From positions 22,418-86,417 of the forward strand of contig SXOX01000044.1 of the NCBI GenBank assembly GCA_005776585.1: a DNA stretch of 64,000 bases. The letters run 5' to 3'. The notes under the pieces were generated by a model. It was given only the letters and a program-made list of their open reading frames with translations, was not told the origin of the DNA and did not search any database. Within the stretch, counting starts at the first letter, position 1; each line of letters begins with the position of its first letter. The position numbers were made by a program, and so were the translations under genes. Of this stretch, positions 48,464 through 63,700 are shown one piece after another. The stretch is from Pseudomonadota bacterium (lineage in GTDB: Bacteria > Myxococcota_A > UBA9042 > GCA-2863065).

Positions 48464-48542
48464 CCGGCCTCACTTGCCAGCCCGCGCGTGCACGGGCATC
48501 GTGCGCGCTAGCACTGCCCATCAACCCTCATCGGAGAACACA

Positions 48543-49004
48543 ATGACTCGCTTCACGACTCGCTCTGCTCTCGTCTTCGCGCTCGCCCTGGTCACCCTGC
48601 CGGCCTCGCGCGCCGCGGCCGATCCGCCGACGCAGAAGCTGCTCCACACCATTGGCGCGCTCGGGGCCTCGAGCATCTACTCGATCTACGTCCAGATTGG
48701 GCTCCTGGGCGACGCCTACGCGGCCAAGGCCTACGAGGCCGACAAGGCCGGCGAGATCGCCAAAGAGGCCGCCAACATGGCCAAGCAGCTGGCCAAGACC
48801 TTCAACGAGCTCGAGAAGTCGGGCGTCGACAAGGACGACCAGAAGTCGTGCAAGGAGATGGCCGGCATCCTGAACGACCTCGAGCGTGAGGCCAGCGCAC
48901 TCGAGCGCTACATCCGGACGAAGAGCAAGGAGGACGCCGCGGAGTTCGACCGCGCGCGCAAGACCGCGTGGCCCAAGATCAAGACGCTGCTCGGGATCAA
49001 GTAG
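48543..49004 (+). CDS. Hypothetical secreted helical protein (gene A)
   Basis: GGAG RBS, signal peptide ending AAA-D, C-terminus AWPKIKTLLGIK. Confidence 0.8.
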   Translation: MTRFTTRSALVFALALVTLPASRAAADPPTQKLLHTIGALGASSIYSIYVQIGLLGDAYAAKAYEADKAGEIAKEAANMAKQLAKTFNELEKSGVDKDDQKSCKEMAGILNDLEREASALERYIRTKSKEDAAEFDRARKTAWPKIKTLLGIK

Positions 49005-49007
49005 GCA

Positions 49008-49060
49008 CTCACTTCATTCACGCACACGTCCCATCCTCGAGGCAGACGTCATCGTCGACC
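49008..49060 (-). pseudogene. 53-bp remnant duplicate of the 3' end of the 50961-53753 hydrolase gene (gene B)
   Basis: Matches 50960-51012 with 7 mismatches; encodes VDDDVCLEDGTCA*MK* versus VDDDVCLEDGTCPWMK*. Confidence 0.85.
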
Positions 49061-49088
49061 CGACGTCGATCGCTCTCGCCGTGGTGCG

Positions 49089-49541
49089 TCATTTCGGGTT
49101 GCCCGCGCACGCCGGTAGCGAGAAGGCCTCCGGGGGGCGCCAGCGCAGCCCCGTGATGCGATCAAAGCCTCGATCGTCACTTACGAGAACTTGGTCGTGT
49201 CCCATCGCGAGCGATGCCAAGTGCAGGTCGTAGAAGCCGTTCCCGCGGGCTCCGTGCTGGCGGCAGAGACGGTCGAAGTGCTCCCAACTCGCGCGGGTAT
49301 CGCCGAGGACACGGGTGTTTGGGCGGGACCGCCAGCGCGACACCGCCTCCAGTGCCACGGCGGTGGGTGTCGGCGTCCGCCAAAGCGCCGCGTGGGTCAC
49401 CAGCCTCAAGAAGCCGTTCCACGTGTGCGCGCAAAGCGCCATGCCGTCGGCGCAAGGCCCATCGACGACGGCCAGAGCCAATTCGTGCAGAGCGTGGTCC
49501 TCACGGTGGGCGGCCACGAGGATGTTGACGTCCAGGAGCAT
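49089..49541 (-). CDS. vapC: VapC-family PIN-domain toxin
   Basis: MLLDVNILVAAH, FLRLVT, GN..YD.HLA and VSDDRGF. Confidence 0.92.
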   Translation of the reverse strand: MLLDVNILVAAHREDHALHELALAVVDGPCADGMALCAHTWNGFLRLVTHAALWRTPTPTAVALEAVSRWRSRPNTRVLGDTRASWEHFDRLCRQHGARGNGFYDLHLASLAMGHDQVLVSDDRGFDRITGLRWRPPEAFSLPACAGNPK

Positions 49542-49792
49542 CAGCGACGGCCCAGCTTGCGTTCGTAGAACTCATCATCGAGCTCAGCCACCACCCGAGC
49601 GACGTCGACAACCTGCCGGTCGGCGGGATCCCCGAAGACGAGTGTCGACGTCGTCGAACGGGTTGGGACGGTCGCCTCAAAGCCACGTCGAATGGCTCGG
49701 TTCACGACCTCGCTCAATGAGAGCCCAAGAGCCACGGCATCCTCTTTGGCGCGTCGCAACAGGTCATCGTCAACGGTCAGTGTGGTTCGCAT
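49541..49792 (-). CDS. vapB: VapB-type (CopG/RHH) antitoxin
   Basis: MRTTLTVDDDLLRRAK...SLSEVVNRA; TGATG overlap with vapC. Confidence 0.88.
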   Translation of the reverse strand: MRTTLTVDDDLLRRAKEDAVALGLSLSEVVNRAIRRGFEATVPTRSTTSTLVFGDPADRQVVDVARVVAELDDEFYERKLGRR

Positions 49793-49799
49793 GACCGGC

Positions 49800-49828
49800 A
49801 GTGTATCAACGTGCGCATCAAGATGCAA
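49800..49828 (-). promoter_or_regulatory. vapBC promoter with overlapping palindromic operator
   Basis: TTGCAT-N17-TACACT-N7-ATG; GCATC-AA-GATGC palindrome at 49815-49826 overlaps the -35. Confidence 0.7.
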
Positions 49829-50045
49829 CGCACGGCGGATAAGGTCAGTAAACGTGGTCGGTGGCGCGAGTTCGGCACACGAGGGGCGCTACGCCCGGCT
49901 CCCGGGAGCGGTCAAGCGCAGTCTTGAGCGTCCGATTCGCAGACTACGGAGTCAACTTATGGCGGAGCCTGGGGAGGCGACAGCCAGGACGCCTCGTTTG
50001 GGTGCGATCGGGCGCACCCGTGCGCTCACGCCAGAGCGCGTCGTC

Positions 50046-50286
50046 AGGCCGCCAACATGGCCAAGCAGCCGGCCAAGACCTTCAACGAGCTCGAGAAGTC
50101 GGGCGTCGACAAGGACGACCAGAAGTCGTGCAAGGAGATGGCCGGCATCCTGAACGATCTCGAGCGTGAGGCCAGCGCGCTGGAGCGCTACATCCGGACC
50201 AAGACCAAGGAGGACGCGGCGGAGTTCGACCGCGCGCGCAAGACCGCGTGGCCCATGATCAAGGCGCTGCTCGGGATCAAGTAGGC
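50046..50286 (+). pseudogene. 241-bp duplicate of the 3' half of gene A (48766-49006)
   Basis: About 9 mismatches by manual count, including an L-to-P change; lacks the N-terminus and signal peptide. Confidence 0.92.
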
Positions 50287-50337
50287 GGCGTCAGTCCTCG
50301 AACGTGACGGACACGCCAACGAACAACACCTGGTTGT

Positions 50338-50889
50338 TCACTTCGCCTCCCTGCTACGCTTCCACTCGGCGACCTCGATGATCCCCAGGAGCGTCTTCTC
50401 AGCAAAGGCACCCAGGAGTCTCTTCGCAATGCTGCGCGCCTTGTCGAGGTCGACCACTCCGAGCCCAAGCAGGGTCTCGATGTCGAGCACATCGCGAGGC
50501 CGCCCCGCGATCATCTTCATGATGACCAGGTACTCCGGGGTCGCCACGTTGACCGAAACACCATCGATCCGTTGCGGAAAGTCGAGCGCTTCGTCGAACA
50601 CCGCGGCGAAGTCATCGTCGCGGAGGATCCAATCGACCGGAACTCCGCCGGTCGTGTGGGATTGGTAGCCGCCAAATGAGAGCGGCCGCTCGGGCACCAG
50701 CTCCGAGAGCGCCGAGCTTGCCGCAAAGTCAACGTCCGCGGTGAAGCGATCTCCACCATACATCTGAAGAGCGACCCCACCCACGAGGACCACCCGAATC
50801 TGGTGACGCGCGGCCAGTGCGGCGATCTCGTCCAGGGCGCCCTCGACCTCTTCAATCGAGAGCACCTTCTTCCTGGTCGGTCCGGTCAT
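50338..50889 (-). CDS. Nucleotidyltransferase (AbiEii/DUF6036-like), no partner gene seen
   Basis: VLVGGVAL..YG..RFTADVDF (GG...T.DxD); ATPEYL..MK..AGRPRD..DI. Confidence 0.82.
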   Translation of the reverse strand: MTGPTRKKVLSIEEVEGALDEIAALAARHQIRVVLVGGVALQMYGGDRFTADVDFAASSALSELVPERPLSFGGYQSHTTGGVPVDWILRDDDFAAVFDEALDFPQRIDGVSVNVATPEYLVIMKMIAGRPRDVLDIETLLGLGVVDLDKARSIAKRLLGAFAEKTLLGIIEVAEWKRSREAK

Positions 50890-50960
50890 GGCTCACTCCC
50901 CCGCAGGTACGCGTCGACCGTGTCGGCCAGTTCCCCAGCCCGCGTCATGCATCAATGGCC

Positions 50961-55114
<4,154 letters not shown>

Positions 55115-55540
55115 TCAATCGGGTGCTGCAGGCGCGCGAAGACGGTGCCCCTCGGACGCGTCGCGGAGCGCCTGGTCGGCAGTCACGAGCGCGGCCCCAT
55201 GGCGTTCGGCCAAGGCCAGGAACAACGCGTCGTAGACGGTCAGGCCCTGGCGGCGAGCCAGCTCGACGGCGCTCGGGAGCAGCTCGCGGTGCGTCACGAG
55301 ATTCACCGGGAGCGCCACGATCGCCTCGAGCACCTCCGCGGCCTCGCTCGGCGTGAGGTGGCCGCGTTGCTCCTTCTTCCAGAGCACCTGGGCCACCTCG
55401 GCAAGCAGGAGCTCGGGCGCGAGCAGCAGCACCTCGCCGCGAGCGGCGTCCTCGATGGCGGAGAGCATGCGGTCGGGGAGAGGGCCATCGGGCACGTACA
55501 GGCGCACGACTGCGGAGGTATCGAGGACCACGCGCCTCAT
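55115..55540 (-). CDS. vapC: VapC/FitB-family PIN-domain toxin
   Basis: VVLDTSAVV, APELLLAEV, LTVYDALFLALA and VTAD. Confidence 0.9.
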   Translation of the reverse strand: MRRVVLDTSAVVRLYVPDGPLPDRMLSAIEDAARGEVLLLAPELLLAEVAQVLWKKEQRGHLTPSEAAEVLEAIVALPVNLVTHRELLPSAVELARRQGLTVYDALFLALAERHGAALVTADQALRDASEGHRLRAPAAPD

Positions 55541-55767
55541 CGCCGGCGCTCCTCGCGCACCTCCGCCACGGCGTCGCCGAGGTCGCGACCGGCCAGACGC
55601 TCGCGAATCGCCTGTGCGCGCAGGAGAGGCGACTCGGTGTCCCAGAGTCGCGCCTGCTCCAGCCGCACGAGGGCCTCCTGTTGGAGGCTGCGGCGATTGC
55701 GCGACGCGAGCCGCTTGAGGAGTGCGTACAGGTCGTCGGGGACGTCGCGAATGGTGAGGACGGGCAT
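55537..55767 (-). CDS. FitA-like ribbon-helix-helix antitoxin
   Basis: MPVLTIRDVPDDLY..LK..A..NRRSL..E; ATGA overlap with the toxin; upstream TTGACT-N17-CACGAT with repeated TGCA sites. Confidence 0.88.
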   Translation of the reverse strand: MPVLTIRDVPDDLYALLKRLASRNRRSLQQEALVRLEQARLWDTESPLLRAQAIRERLAGRDLGDAVAEVREERRR

Positions 55768-55858
55768 GGGGACCTCCGACCGCATCGTGCAGCGCCTGCA
55801 AAGTGCAGTCAACCCGCAGGGCTGGCAGAGCCGCGCGACTCAGGCTAGCCTCCGCGCG

Positions 55859-56188
55859 ATGCGACTGCTCACCCTCGCCGCCCTCTCGCTCGCCCTGTGC
55901 GTGACCCACTGCGCCAAGGAAGACTCCGCCACCGGCGCGACGGCCACCGACATCGGTGCCGCGGACGGGACCACGGGGAACAGCTCCGTGGACATCCCGG
56001 TCATCGAGCCGTGCGTGGGCATCAAGCCCGATAAGAAGGCCGAGCAGTTCAACGACGCGTGCGCGGGCGTCGACAAGTGCACGCAGCTCGTGCCCGACAC
56101 GTCGAAGTGCCACTGCACCTTCTGTGGTCCGGTGGCCAACAAGATCGTCTGCCTCCAGTCGGGCTGCCCGACGCCCGGAGGCGGCTGA
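55859..56188 (+). CDS. Small Cys-rich lipoprotein
   Basis: Hydrophobic N-terminus with Cys; C-terminal domain with eight Cys; TGATG overlap with moaC. Confidence 0.7.
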   Translation: MRLLTLAALSLALCVTHCAKEDSATGATATDIGAADGTTGNSSVDIPVIEPCVGIKPDKKAEQFNDACAGVDKCTQLVPDTSKCHCTFCGPVANKIVCLQSGCPTPGGG

Positions 56189-56685
56189 TGGGGACTGAAA
56201 CCGCGGCGACGCTGACGCACCTCGATGCCGAAGGCACGGCGCGCATGGTCGACGTCGGCGGCAAGACCGAGACGGAGCGCGTGGCGGTGGCGACCTCGGC
56301 GGTCACCATGGCCCCCGAGACGCTCCGGCTCATCGTGGCGCAGGCGCTGCCGAAGGGCGACGTGCTCACCGTCGCGCGCATCGCGGGCATCCAGGCGGCC
56401 AAGCGCACGGCGGACCTCATCCCGCTGTGTCACCCGCTCATGCTGTCGCACGTCGAGGTCACCCTCGTGCCCGACGCGACGCTGCCGGGTCTGACGATTC
56501 GGGCCACGGTGCGCTGCCACGGCCGCACGGGCGTCGAGATGGAGGCGCTGACGGCGGCGTCGGTCGCGGGGCTCACGATTTATGACATGGCCAAGGCCGT
56601 CGATCGGGGCATGACGCTCGGCCCGCTCCGTGTGGTGGAGAAGCGCGGCGGCAAATCGGGCGACTGGACGGCTACTTCGGCTTGA
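56188..56685 (+). CDS. moaC: Cyclic pyranopterin monophosphate synthase
   Basis: [46 protein letters not shown] and KRGGKSG. Confidence 0.97.
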   Translation: MGTETAATLTHLDAEGTARMVDVGGKTETERVAVATSAVTMAPETLRLIVAQALPKGDVLTVARIAGIQAAKRTADLIPLCHPLMLSHVEVTLVPDATLPGLTIRATVRCHGRTGVEMEALTAASVAGLTIYDMAKAVDRGMTLGPLRVVEKRGGKSGDWTATSA

Positions 56686-59600
56686 CGCAGGTCCCACTGC
56701 CGCCCGGCGTCGAGCGCAGGAAGGCCAGCGACTTCGCCGTCGATGAGAGCGTCACCACGTCCACGCAGTCATCCGCCTTGCCAAAGGGCGCGACCGCGAA
56801 CTGGTCAGCGCCGACGTTCGTCGGGATGGTCACGACCACGGGCGTCGGCGTGCGGAAGAGCATCGGTCCGTGCGCGAGGATGGCATAGAGCGTCGCGTTC
56901 GGGGGGTCGAGCACCAGGACATCCCAGAAGCCGTCACCATTGATGTCGGCGGCCTCGACCTGACCGAGCGTCGTCGAAGGCGTCCCTTCGACCGGCAGCT
57001 GCGCGACGTCGAAGGGCGAGTCGAACTCACCGGCGCCGAGCCCGCGCGTCATGCGGACGTAGCCCGCGGCCAGAGTCCCGACGATCTCGGCCTGCCCATC
57101 ACCGTCGAAGTCATGCACGGCGAACGACCGGAGGCCACTGCCGATCTCGGCGACCTGCTTCCGCTCGAAGTCGCACGAGCCGGGCCCGGCGTTCTTGCCC
57201 GCATAGACGACCACACCGTTGTCCTGACCGATAAAGATGTCCATGAACGCGTCCGACGTTCCGAGACCTTCGGGTCCCAGCAGGCCGACGCGCAGCATGT
57301 CGGAGCCAGGCAGCTCTCCGGGGAACGTATCCTGCCAGGCATGGACGAGGTTCTCCGGATCGGTCGGGTTGCGCTTCCAGGCGATCACGCCGCCGATCGT
57401 CTTGCCGTTAGTGTAGGCGCGCTCGTAGATGCTGATCCAGGCCTCCGACTCCGAGGCAGGGCCGGTGCACGAGATGGAGGCGACCGCGCGCGAGCGTTCC
57501 CCGGCGAGGGTCACGCCCTGGGCGTGCCACACACCGCCTGGAGTCCCGACCGCGCAGGGGTCCGGGGCCGGGTGCTGAATGTGCGCAGGACCGAAGCTCC
57601 CGTCGCCGCGACCATAGATCACGTCGATTGAGGTGATGAGCTTGGGTTCCGGAGCCTTGGGATCGATGGGAAGCGTCGTGATGGTCGTGGTCCCAATCAC
57701 GAGGTCTGCGTCATTTCCGCCGTCGAGCTTCGTGACGGACGTGACGTCGGTGCTCGCGGCCTTGTTCGGCCCATAGGACGGCAGCACCGGATCGGTCGGG
57801 CACGTCTTGGTGATGCTCGGCTGGCCGGCGACCGGCGCAGGACAGTTCGACGGCCCGACACAGATCTCGGTCGCGGGCCGATAGAGCGAGATGGGGTTGA
57901 CCCCGCCCACGCCGAAGGACCCGGGCTGGTAGCGCCCGACCAGCCCCCCCGTGTCGCCACCGAAGGTGATGATGGGCAGCTCCGGATCCGGTGGCTTCGC
58001 CTGGCCCGTGGCCCAGCTCACCTTCTGCGGCCCTTGCCGCGCAACGACCGTGACGTCGAGGAGCCCGTCCTTGTTCGCGTCGCCCAGGGTCATCAGCTGC
58101 GGCTCGAGCCGGACATTGGGCGCACCCAGGTAGAACAGCTTGAACGGATTCTGTTGCGGCGACGGGGGGACGACCTGACCGACACCGGGTGCTTGGCCAC
58201 CGACCCACTCGATGAAGTTGACCGCCAGGTTGTCGCCCTCCGCGCACTGGTGTGTGGCGCCACCCGGCTGAGCCGGAATGGGCGTGGTAATGGACCGTGC
58301 CGCACGGAACGCCCCCTTGGGCCCGGCCAACGGCGTGCCTTTGGCCGCCGCGCCGTCCAGTCCGTACGCCACGACGAGCTCGGCGTCCGTGGTCTTTCCG
58401 TTGAGGACGACGGCGTCCCATGGCTCCGCGGGGGGCGCTTCATCGGCGACGGCCCACGGCTGCTCGAGGTGAGTCAGGATGAACCGCTGCGGAGACTTGC
58501 CGACCTCGACGACGTCATAGGGGGCGAACTGAAGTTGACCGTTCGTGCTGTAGCTTCCGCGCATCGTCCACAGGGTGCCGTCGTCCTGGGTCAGCACTAC
58601 GAGGTCCAGGGTCTTCGACGGGCTGTCGTAGTCGTCCATGAGTCGCAGCGCGAACTGCACCGGCTTGCCCTCCACGCAGCTCGCGCTGGCGATGAAGCGG
58701 GTGGACTGCGTCTGCCTGTGGAACGTCGTGCGAAAACCGCCCTTGCCGTCGCCGAACAGGACGTCGATCTCGTTGCTGTCGGGGAACAGGAGCATCGCGT
58801 CGGGGTACTGGGTCACGGGGTCATTGTCGAAATAGCCAATGGCAATCTGCGGCGGCGAGCCGAACTTGGAGGACTCGCCCGTCTGCACGGTCCCATCCGC
58901 CAGCACGCGATAGGTCGTAATCTGACCCGTCACGCCGTGGCTCGCGAGGAGCTCCGGCTTGGGCTTGGAGCCCGACTCCACGAGGAAGTCGCCAATGGTG
59001 ATCGCCGACACCTTGCCGTTGCCGTTGTGAAGCACGGGCGGGTTGAAGCAGCGGGCCTTCTGCGTCTCGCCCAGCGGCAGCAGCGTCCCGTCCAGGCCCC
59101 ACTTCGGCCGGTGGTAGGCGCAGGCCGGCCCGCCGTCCGGGTTGCCGCCCTCGACGCGGGCCAGGACGCCGAACGTGCGAACCGGGTCGTCGAAGCCGAC
59201 GACGACGTCCTTGAGCTTCTCGCTGTCGGGATCGTCGGCGGACGGGTCCCCCAAGAGGTGCCCATACACATGAGCGGAGACCGCGAAGCCGAGCGTATGC
59301 GACTCGACCTCGACGTAGCCGGCGTGGCAGCGCGTGGGGTAGCTCTCCGGCACCGGGTCGCGCGTGAGAAGCTCCTCAGGCTTGACCGCCGGGTCCTTCT
59401 CGCAGATCTCGCCGTCGTAGAGCCAAACCGCGAGGGCGGTGTCCTCCGCGGTCCCCGACACGACCACGAAGTCGGTGTAGCCGTCCCCGTTGAGGTCGTC
59501 GGGCATGAAGCGCGCGACGGCCGTGTCGATGTCCGGAAGCGAGATGGGCGACTTGAGCTTGCCCTTGCCGTCGTTGGCCGCGACCGCGAGGCCCTGGTCG

Positions 59601-60583
59601 GTGCCAAGCACGATGTCGCGATAGTCGTCATTGGGCAACAGGTCCGGAATGCGCACAGGGTAGTCGATGAGCTCGAAAGGGATGATCTTCTCGGCGGGCG
59701 AGGCACCCTCGGGTAGCGGCCCGTCGACGAGCACGTCGCGCTCGACGTTGACCGCGGTGCGCTCGGCCTCCACGAAGCCGGGCTTGCGCACCGTCATGAT
59801 GGTGACGACCTTGGGCGTGCACTCGTTGTCCATGCGATCGACGAGCTTGAACGTGAAGGCTGCGGTCCCGGTATCGTAGCTCGAGAGATCGACGCGGCCG
59901 GTGCAGTGCTGCTCGCCAAAGCCGTCGTCGGTGAGCTTGCAGGCCCAGACCTCGGCGCCGTCGGGCGCAGTCAGGGTCAGCGACTTGATGCCCGAGTCAT
60001 CGGCCGCAAGGACGTCGATGGGCAGCGACGGGTGATAGACTTCGCCCTCCTTCGGCTCGGTGAGCGTGAGCGTGGGGCAGGCGTTGTCGATGATGAAGTC
60101 GGCCGTGGCCTCGCAGGAGAGGGGCACGGGCTTCTTGATGCAGCCGTCGGGCTCGGTCTCGGCCACCGCCGTGGCCGTGCAGGGGCCCTCGCCGAGCGTC
60201 GCAGAGTCGACCGTCCACGAGTAGCTGCCGTCCTTCCACTTGCTCACCGGGATGTCGGCCGAGGCCTTGGTGGTCTCGCCGCACGTGACCGTGATGCGAC
60301 CCTTGTCCATCAGGAGGCCGGCGTGGTCGGCCTTGCCGACGAAGGTCAGGCTCCCCTTGAGGCGCGCCCCCGGCTCGGGCGACTTCAGCTCGATGCGACA
60401 CGGACCGGACGCCTTGCAGATCTCGCCCTTGGGCGCGACATCGCCGACCTCCTCGACGCCTGCGTCCTGGACTGCACCAGGGCCACTTCCGGTGTCGGTC
60501 TTGCAGGCCGATAGCAGCCCGAGAGCCGCGCCCCCGAGCAGGACCACCCGGCGCATCCCTCTCGCAGCGGTTGCCCGCCTCAT
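56672..60583 (-). CDS. Large FG-GAP/VCBS-repeat lipoprotein with N-terminal Ig-like domains
   Basis: Lipobox LSAC; Ig-like segments; [27 protein letters not shown] and DINGDGFWD blades; start 60583 or 60556. Confidence 0.82.
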   Translation of the reverse strand: MRRATAARGMRRVVLLGGAALGLLSACKTDTGSGPGAVQDAGVEEVGDVAPKGEICKASGPCRIELKSPEPGARLKGSLTFVGKADHAGLLMDKGRITVTCGETTKASADIPVSKWKDGSYSWTVDSATLGEGPCTATAVAETEPDGCIKKPVPLSCEATADFIIDNACPTLTLTEPKEGEVYHPSLPIDVLAADDSGIKSLTLTAPDGAEVWACKLTDDGFGEQHCTGRVDLSSYDTGTAAFTFKLVDRMDNECTPKVVTIMTVRKPGFVEAERTAVNVERDVLVDGPLPEGASPAEKIIPFELIDYPVRIPDLLPNDDYRDIVLGTDQGLAVAANDGKGKLKSPISLPDIDTAVARFMPDDLNGDGYTDFVVVSGTAEDTALAVWLYDGEICEKDPAVKPEELLTRDPVPESYPTRCHAGYVEVESHTLGFAVSAHVYGHLLGDPSADDPDSEKLKDVVVGFDDPVRTFGVLARVEGGNPDGGPACAYHRPKWGLDGTLLPLGETQKARCFNPPVLHNGNGKVSAITIGDFLVESGSKPKPELLASHGVTGQITTYRVLADGTVQTGESSKFGSPPQIAIGYFDNDPVTQYPDAMLLFPDSNEIDVLFGDGKGGFRTTFHRQTQSTRFIASASCVEGKPVQFALRLMDDYDSPSKTLDLVVLTQDDGTLWTMRGSYSTNGQLQFAPYDVVEVGKSPQRFILTHLEQPWAVADEAPPAEPWDAVVLNGKTTDAELVVAYGLDGAAAKGTPLAGPKGAFRAARSITTPIPAQPGGATHQCAEGDNLAVNFIEWVGGQAPGVGQVVPPSPQQNPFKLFYLGAPNVRLEPQLMTLGDANKDGLLDVTVVARQGPQKVSWATGQAKPPDPELPIITFGGDTGGLVGRYQPGSFGVGGVNPISLYRPATEICVGPSNCPAPVAGQPSITKTCPTDPVLPSYGPNKAASTDVTSVTKLDGGNDADLVIGTTTITTLPIDPKAPEPKLITSIDVIYGRGDGSFGPAHIQHPAPDPCAVGTPGGVWHAQGVTLAGERSRAVASISCTGPASESEAWISIYERAYTNGKTIGGVIAWKRNPTDPENLVHAWQDTFPGELPGSDMLRVGLLGPEGLGTSDAFMDIFIGQDNGVVVYAGKNAGPGSCDFERKQVAEIGSGLRSFAVHDFDGDGQAEIVGTLAAGYVRMTRGLGAGEFDSPFDVAQLPVEGTPSTTLGQVEAADINGDGFWDVLVLDPPNATLYAILAHGPMLFRTPTPVVVTIPTNVGADQFAVAPFGKADDCVDVVTLSSTAKSLAFLRSTPGGSGTCVKPK

Positions 60584-60709
60584 GTGTCGCTGACGCCGCA
60601 TCCCGACCTCCCGTCGCCCTGTTGGCGCACGAATCCTCGAGGATCCTCGAGGATCATGTCTACGCGCGCCGGAGAGGTCAAATTGTACGCAGCAAATCGG
60701 GGTCAGCGC

Positions 60710-63700
60710 CTACTTGCGGCACTTCTCTGACTTGGTCGCGTCCATCTTCTGGATCTTGAACTGCACGCGGCGGTTCTGATCCCAGTAGGCCTTGTCGACC
60801 TTGCCCGGCTCGAGCGGCACGTCCGGACCGTAACCGCGCGAGGTGAGCCGCTCGGGCGCGACACCCTTCTTGACGAGGAACTCCTTGACCGAGTTGGCGC
60901 GCCGATCCGAGAGCTTCGTGTTCATCGCGCGGCTGCCGCGGATGTCCGTGTGGCCCTGGACCTCGATCTCGACGGCCTCCGGGTGCTCCTTCATCGTCTC
61001 GGCCACGACATCCAGCAGCTTGAAGCTGTTCGGCAGGATCTTGTGCGAGCCGGTCGCGAAGTTGACCTTGTCGGCGATCTTGAACTCGTCGCAGGTGAAC
61101 ATGACGTCTGGACAGCCGTCGTCGTCGTTGTAGCCGTTCTTGTTCTCGGGCTCGAGCGGGCACTTGTCCACGCCCTTGCACTTCTCGGCGTACTTCTTCT
61201 GCTCTCCGCGCTGCTCGACCCACGGATCGCACAGGCCGTCCTTGTCGTTGTCGGGCTCCGGACAGCCGTCAGTGTCCTCGAACGCGTCGAGATCCTCGGG
61301 CTCGTTCGGGCACGAGTCCTTCACGTCGAGCACGCCGTCGCGGTCGTTGTCGGGCTCGGGGCAGCCGTCCTCGTCCTCGAACTTGTCGAAGTCCTCCGGA
61401 TCGTTCTTGCACTTGTCCTTGTCGTCTTTGATGCCGTCCTTGTCGTTGTCGTCCTCGGGACAGCCGTCCTCGTCCTGAAAGCCGTCGAAGTCCTCCGGGT
61501 CGTTCTTGCACTGGTCGCGCGCGTCGAGGATCCCGTCCTTGTCGTTGTCGGGCTCAGGGCAGCCGTCGGTGTCCTCGAAGTCGTCCTTGTCCTCGGGATC
61601 GTCGATACACTTGTCGCTGTCATCGTCAATGCCGTCCCCGTCGCGATCGAGCCGCTCGGACGCGTAGGCCACGCTGAGGAACGCCCGCCACGACGGTGTG
61701 CCGCGACCGCGCAAGATGCCGAGCCCGCCGCCCAGGGTCGCGTAGACCTTCCCGAAGCGATGCCGATACGCGAGCATCGTCTCCAGGTTCGTGTCGGCCG
61801 TGTCCTTGAACTGCGTCGCCGCGTAGGTGTCCCAGAGGATGAACGAGGTGTCGCGAATGGGCGCGAACTTGAAGCCCGTCGAGACCTGGAGCTCGGCGAT
61901 GCTCGAGACGACCGGACCGTCGGAGGTCGGCATCCGGATCGCGGCGCCGATGTCGAGGCCCCAGGTGACCGTCGGACCGCCGTAGCTGAACGCGAACGTC
62001 GGACGCGCCATCATCAGTGGCTCCTGCGCGAACGAGCCCTTGGTCGCCTTGCCGGTCGGGACCGTGAATGGCAGCAAGAAGGTGACGTAGCCGGCCCCGC
62101 GCGTGCTCCCCGCCAGCTTGAACTTGGGGATGATGGTCAGATCGCCGAGGCCGAAGACGGGGATGTCATCTCCCGTCACGGGGTTGCGACCCTGCTGGTA
62201 GATCATCAGCGGGAGATCGGTCGCGAGCTCGAACCAGCTCGCGAGGCCGATGGCGAAGAAGATGTCGGCGCCGAGGCGGCGATTGACGACCTCCTTGCCT
62301 GCAATGATCTCGTTGGTAAACGGGTCACGCGTGACAACGGCCTTGTCGGCGTAATTGAGTCCAAGACCGAGGTACCACTCAAAAGGGGACTCGATCTCCC
62401 CGGTGTCGGTGAGCAGGATGCCGCGTGAGTTCGTGCTCCACCGGAACGGGTTGTAGTTGGCCTCCTGCGCCTGCGCTTGCGCCGGCAGCAGCGCCGGCAG
62501 GAGCGACAGCACCACGAGGAGCGGCAGCAGAGCGCGGCGAACGCGACGCAGCGCAGCCACGACGAGCGCCACGAGGAGCAGCGCAAGCCACGGGACGTTG
62601 CCCGGAGGCGCGCTCGACGGCGAGCACTTGATGAGCGCGGAGCCGCCGGTCACGAGGACGTCGTCGCTCGGATCGAGCGGGTTGAGCTCGTCGGGGTCGA
62701 GCTTGCCGTTCGGCACGCGCTTCTCGTGCACGCGCTCTTCGTTGCCGTCGTTGACGCCGCCGCCGTCGGTGTCGGCGAGCTTGGGGTTGGTCGTCGTCGT
62801 GGGATCGGAGTCCGCGATGAAGTGACAGCCCTCGGCCTTGGCGTCCACGGGCGTGTCATCGACCACGAACCGCGTCGTGATGCCCATCTCGAGCCCGTCG
62901 GGGAGCCCGTCCTTGTCGGTGTCGCACACGGTGGGATCGGAGGTGTAGCGGACCTTGGTGCCGTCCTTCCGGGTGACCTCGATGCCCTTGACCTCCTGAC
63001 CGTCCGTCGCGCCGTCGTTGTCGCTGTCGGTATCAAAGGGGTTGCTCCCGGCCTTCTTCTCCGCTTCGTCCTCGAGGCCGTCGTTGTCGTCGTCCGGATC
63101 GCACTCGTCGCCGTTGACGTCGTTGTCGTGGTTCTTCTGGTCGGGGTTCTTGACGTCCTTGCAGTTGTCCTTGGCGTCGCTGACGGTGTCGCCATCGGTG
63201 TCAGTGCACTCCGCTTTGTCCTTCTCCAGGTTGTAGAGCTTGTTCTTCGGGCAGGAGTCCTTGTCGTTGGGCACGTCGTCGCCGTCGATGTCGCTGTCGC
63301 AGGCGTCGCCCTCGACGGGCAGGCCCTTGGTCTTCTCGTCCTCCGCGTCGAGGTTGGCCTGATCGGGGTTGGCGACCGTCGGGCAGTTGTCGAGGTGGTC
63401 GAGGATGCCGTCCTTGTCGCCGTCGACCACGGTGACCGCGGTGACCGTCGCGTCACCCGGGACGACCGAGTTCGGATCATCGGTGTTGACCGGAGTGGAG
63501 GAGACCGTCTCGAACCGCGCCTGGTTGGCGATCTGATCGGCCGGCCCGGCCCAGGCAAACGTGCGCAGGACCTCACAGAAGAGGTAGGCGTCGACCGTCG
63601 CGCCGACCGGCAGGTCCTCGAGCGAGATGGTGACCGTGTGCGTCGTGGTGTCGAAGACCGCGTCGACCAGGCCCGAGGGGCCCTTGGCCCCGCCCTTGAG

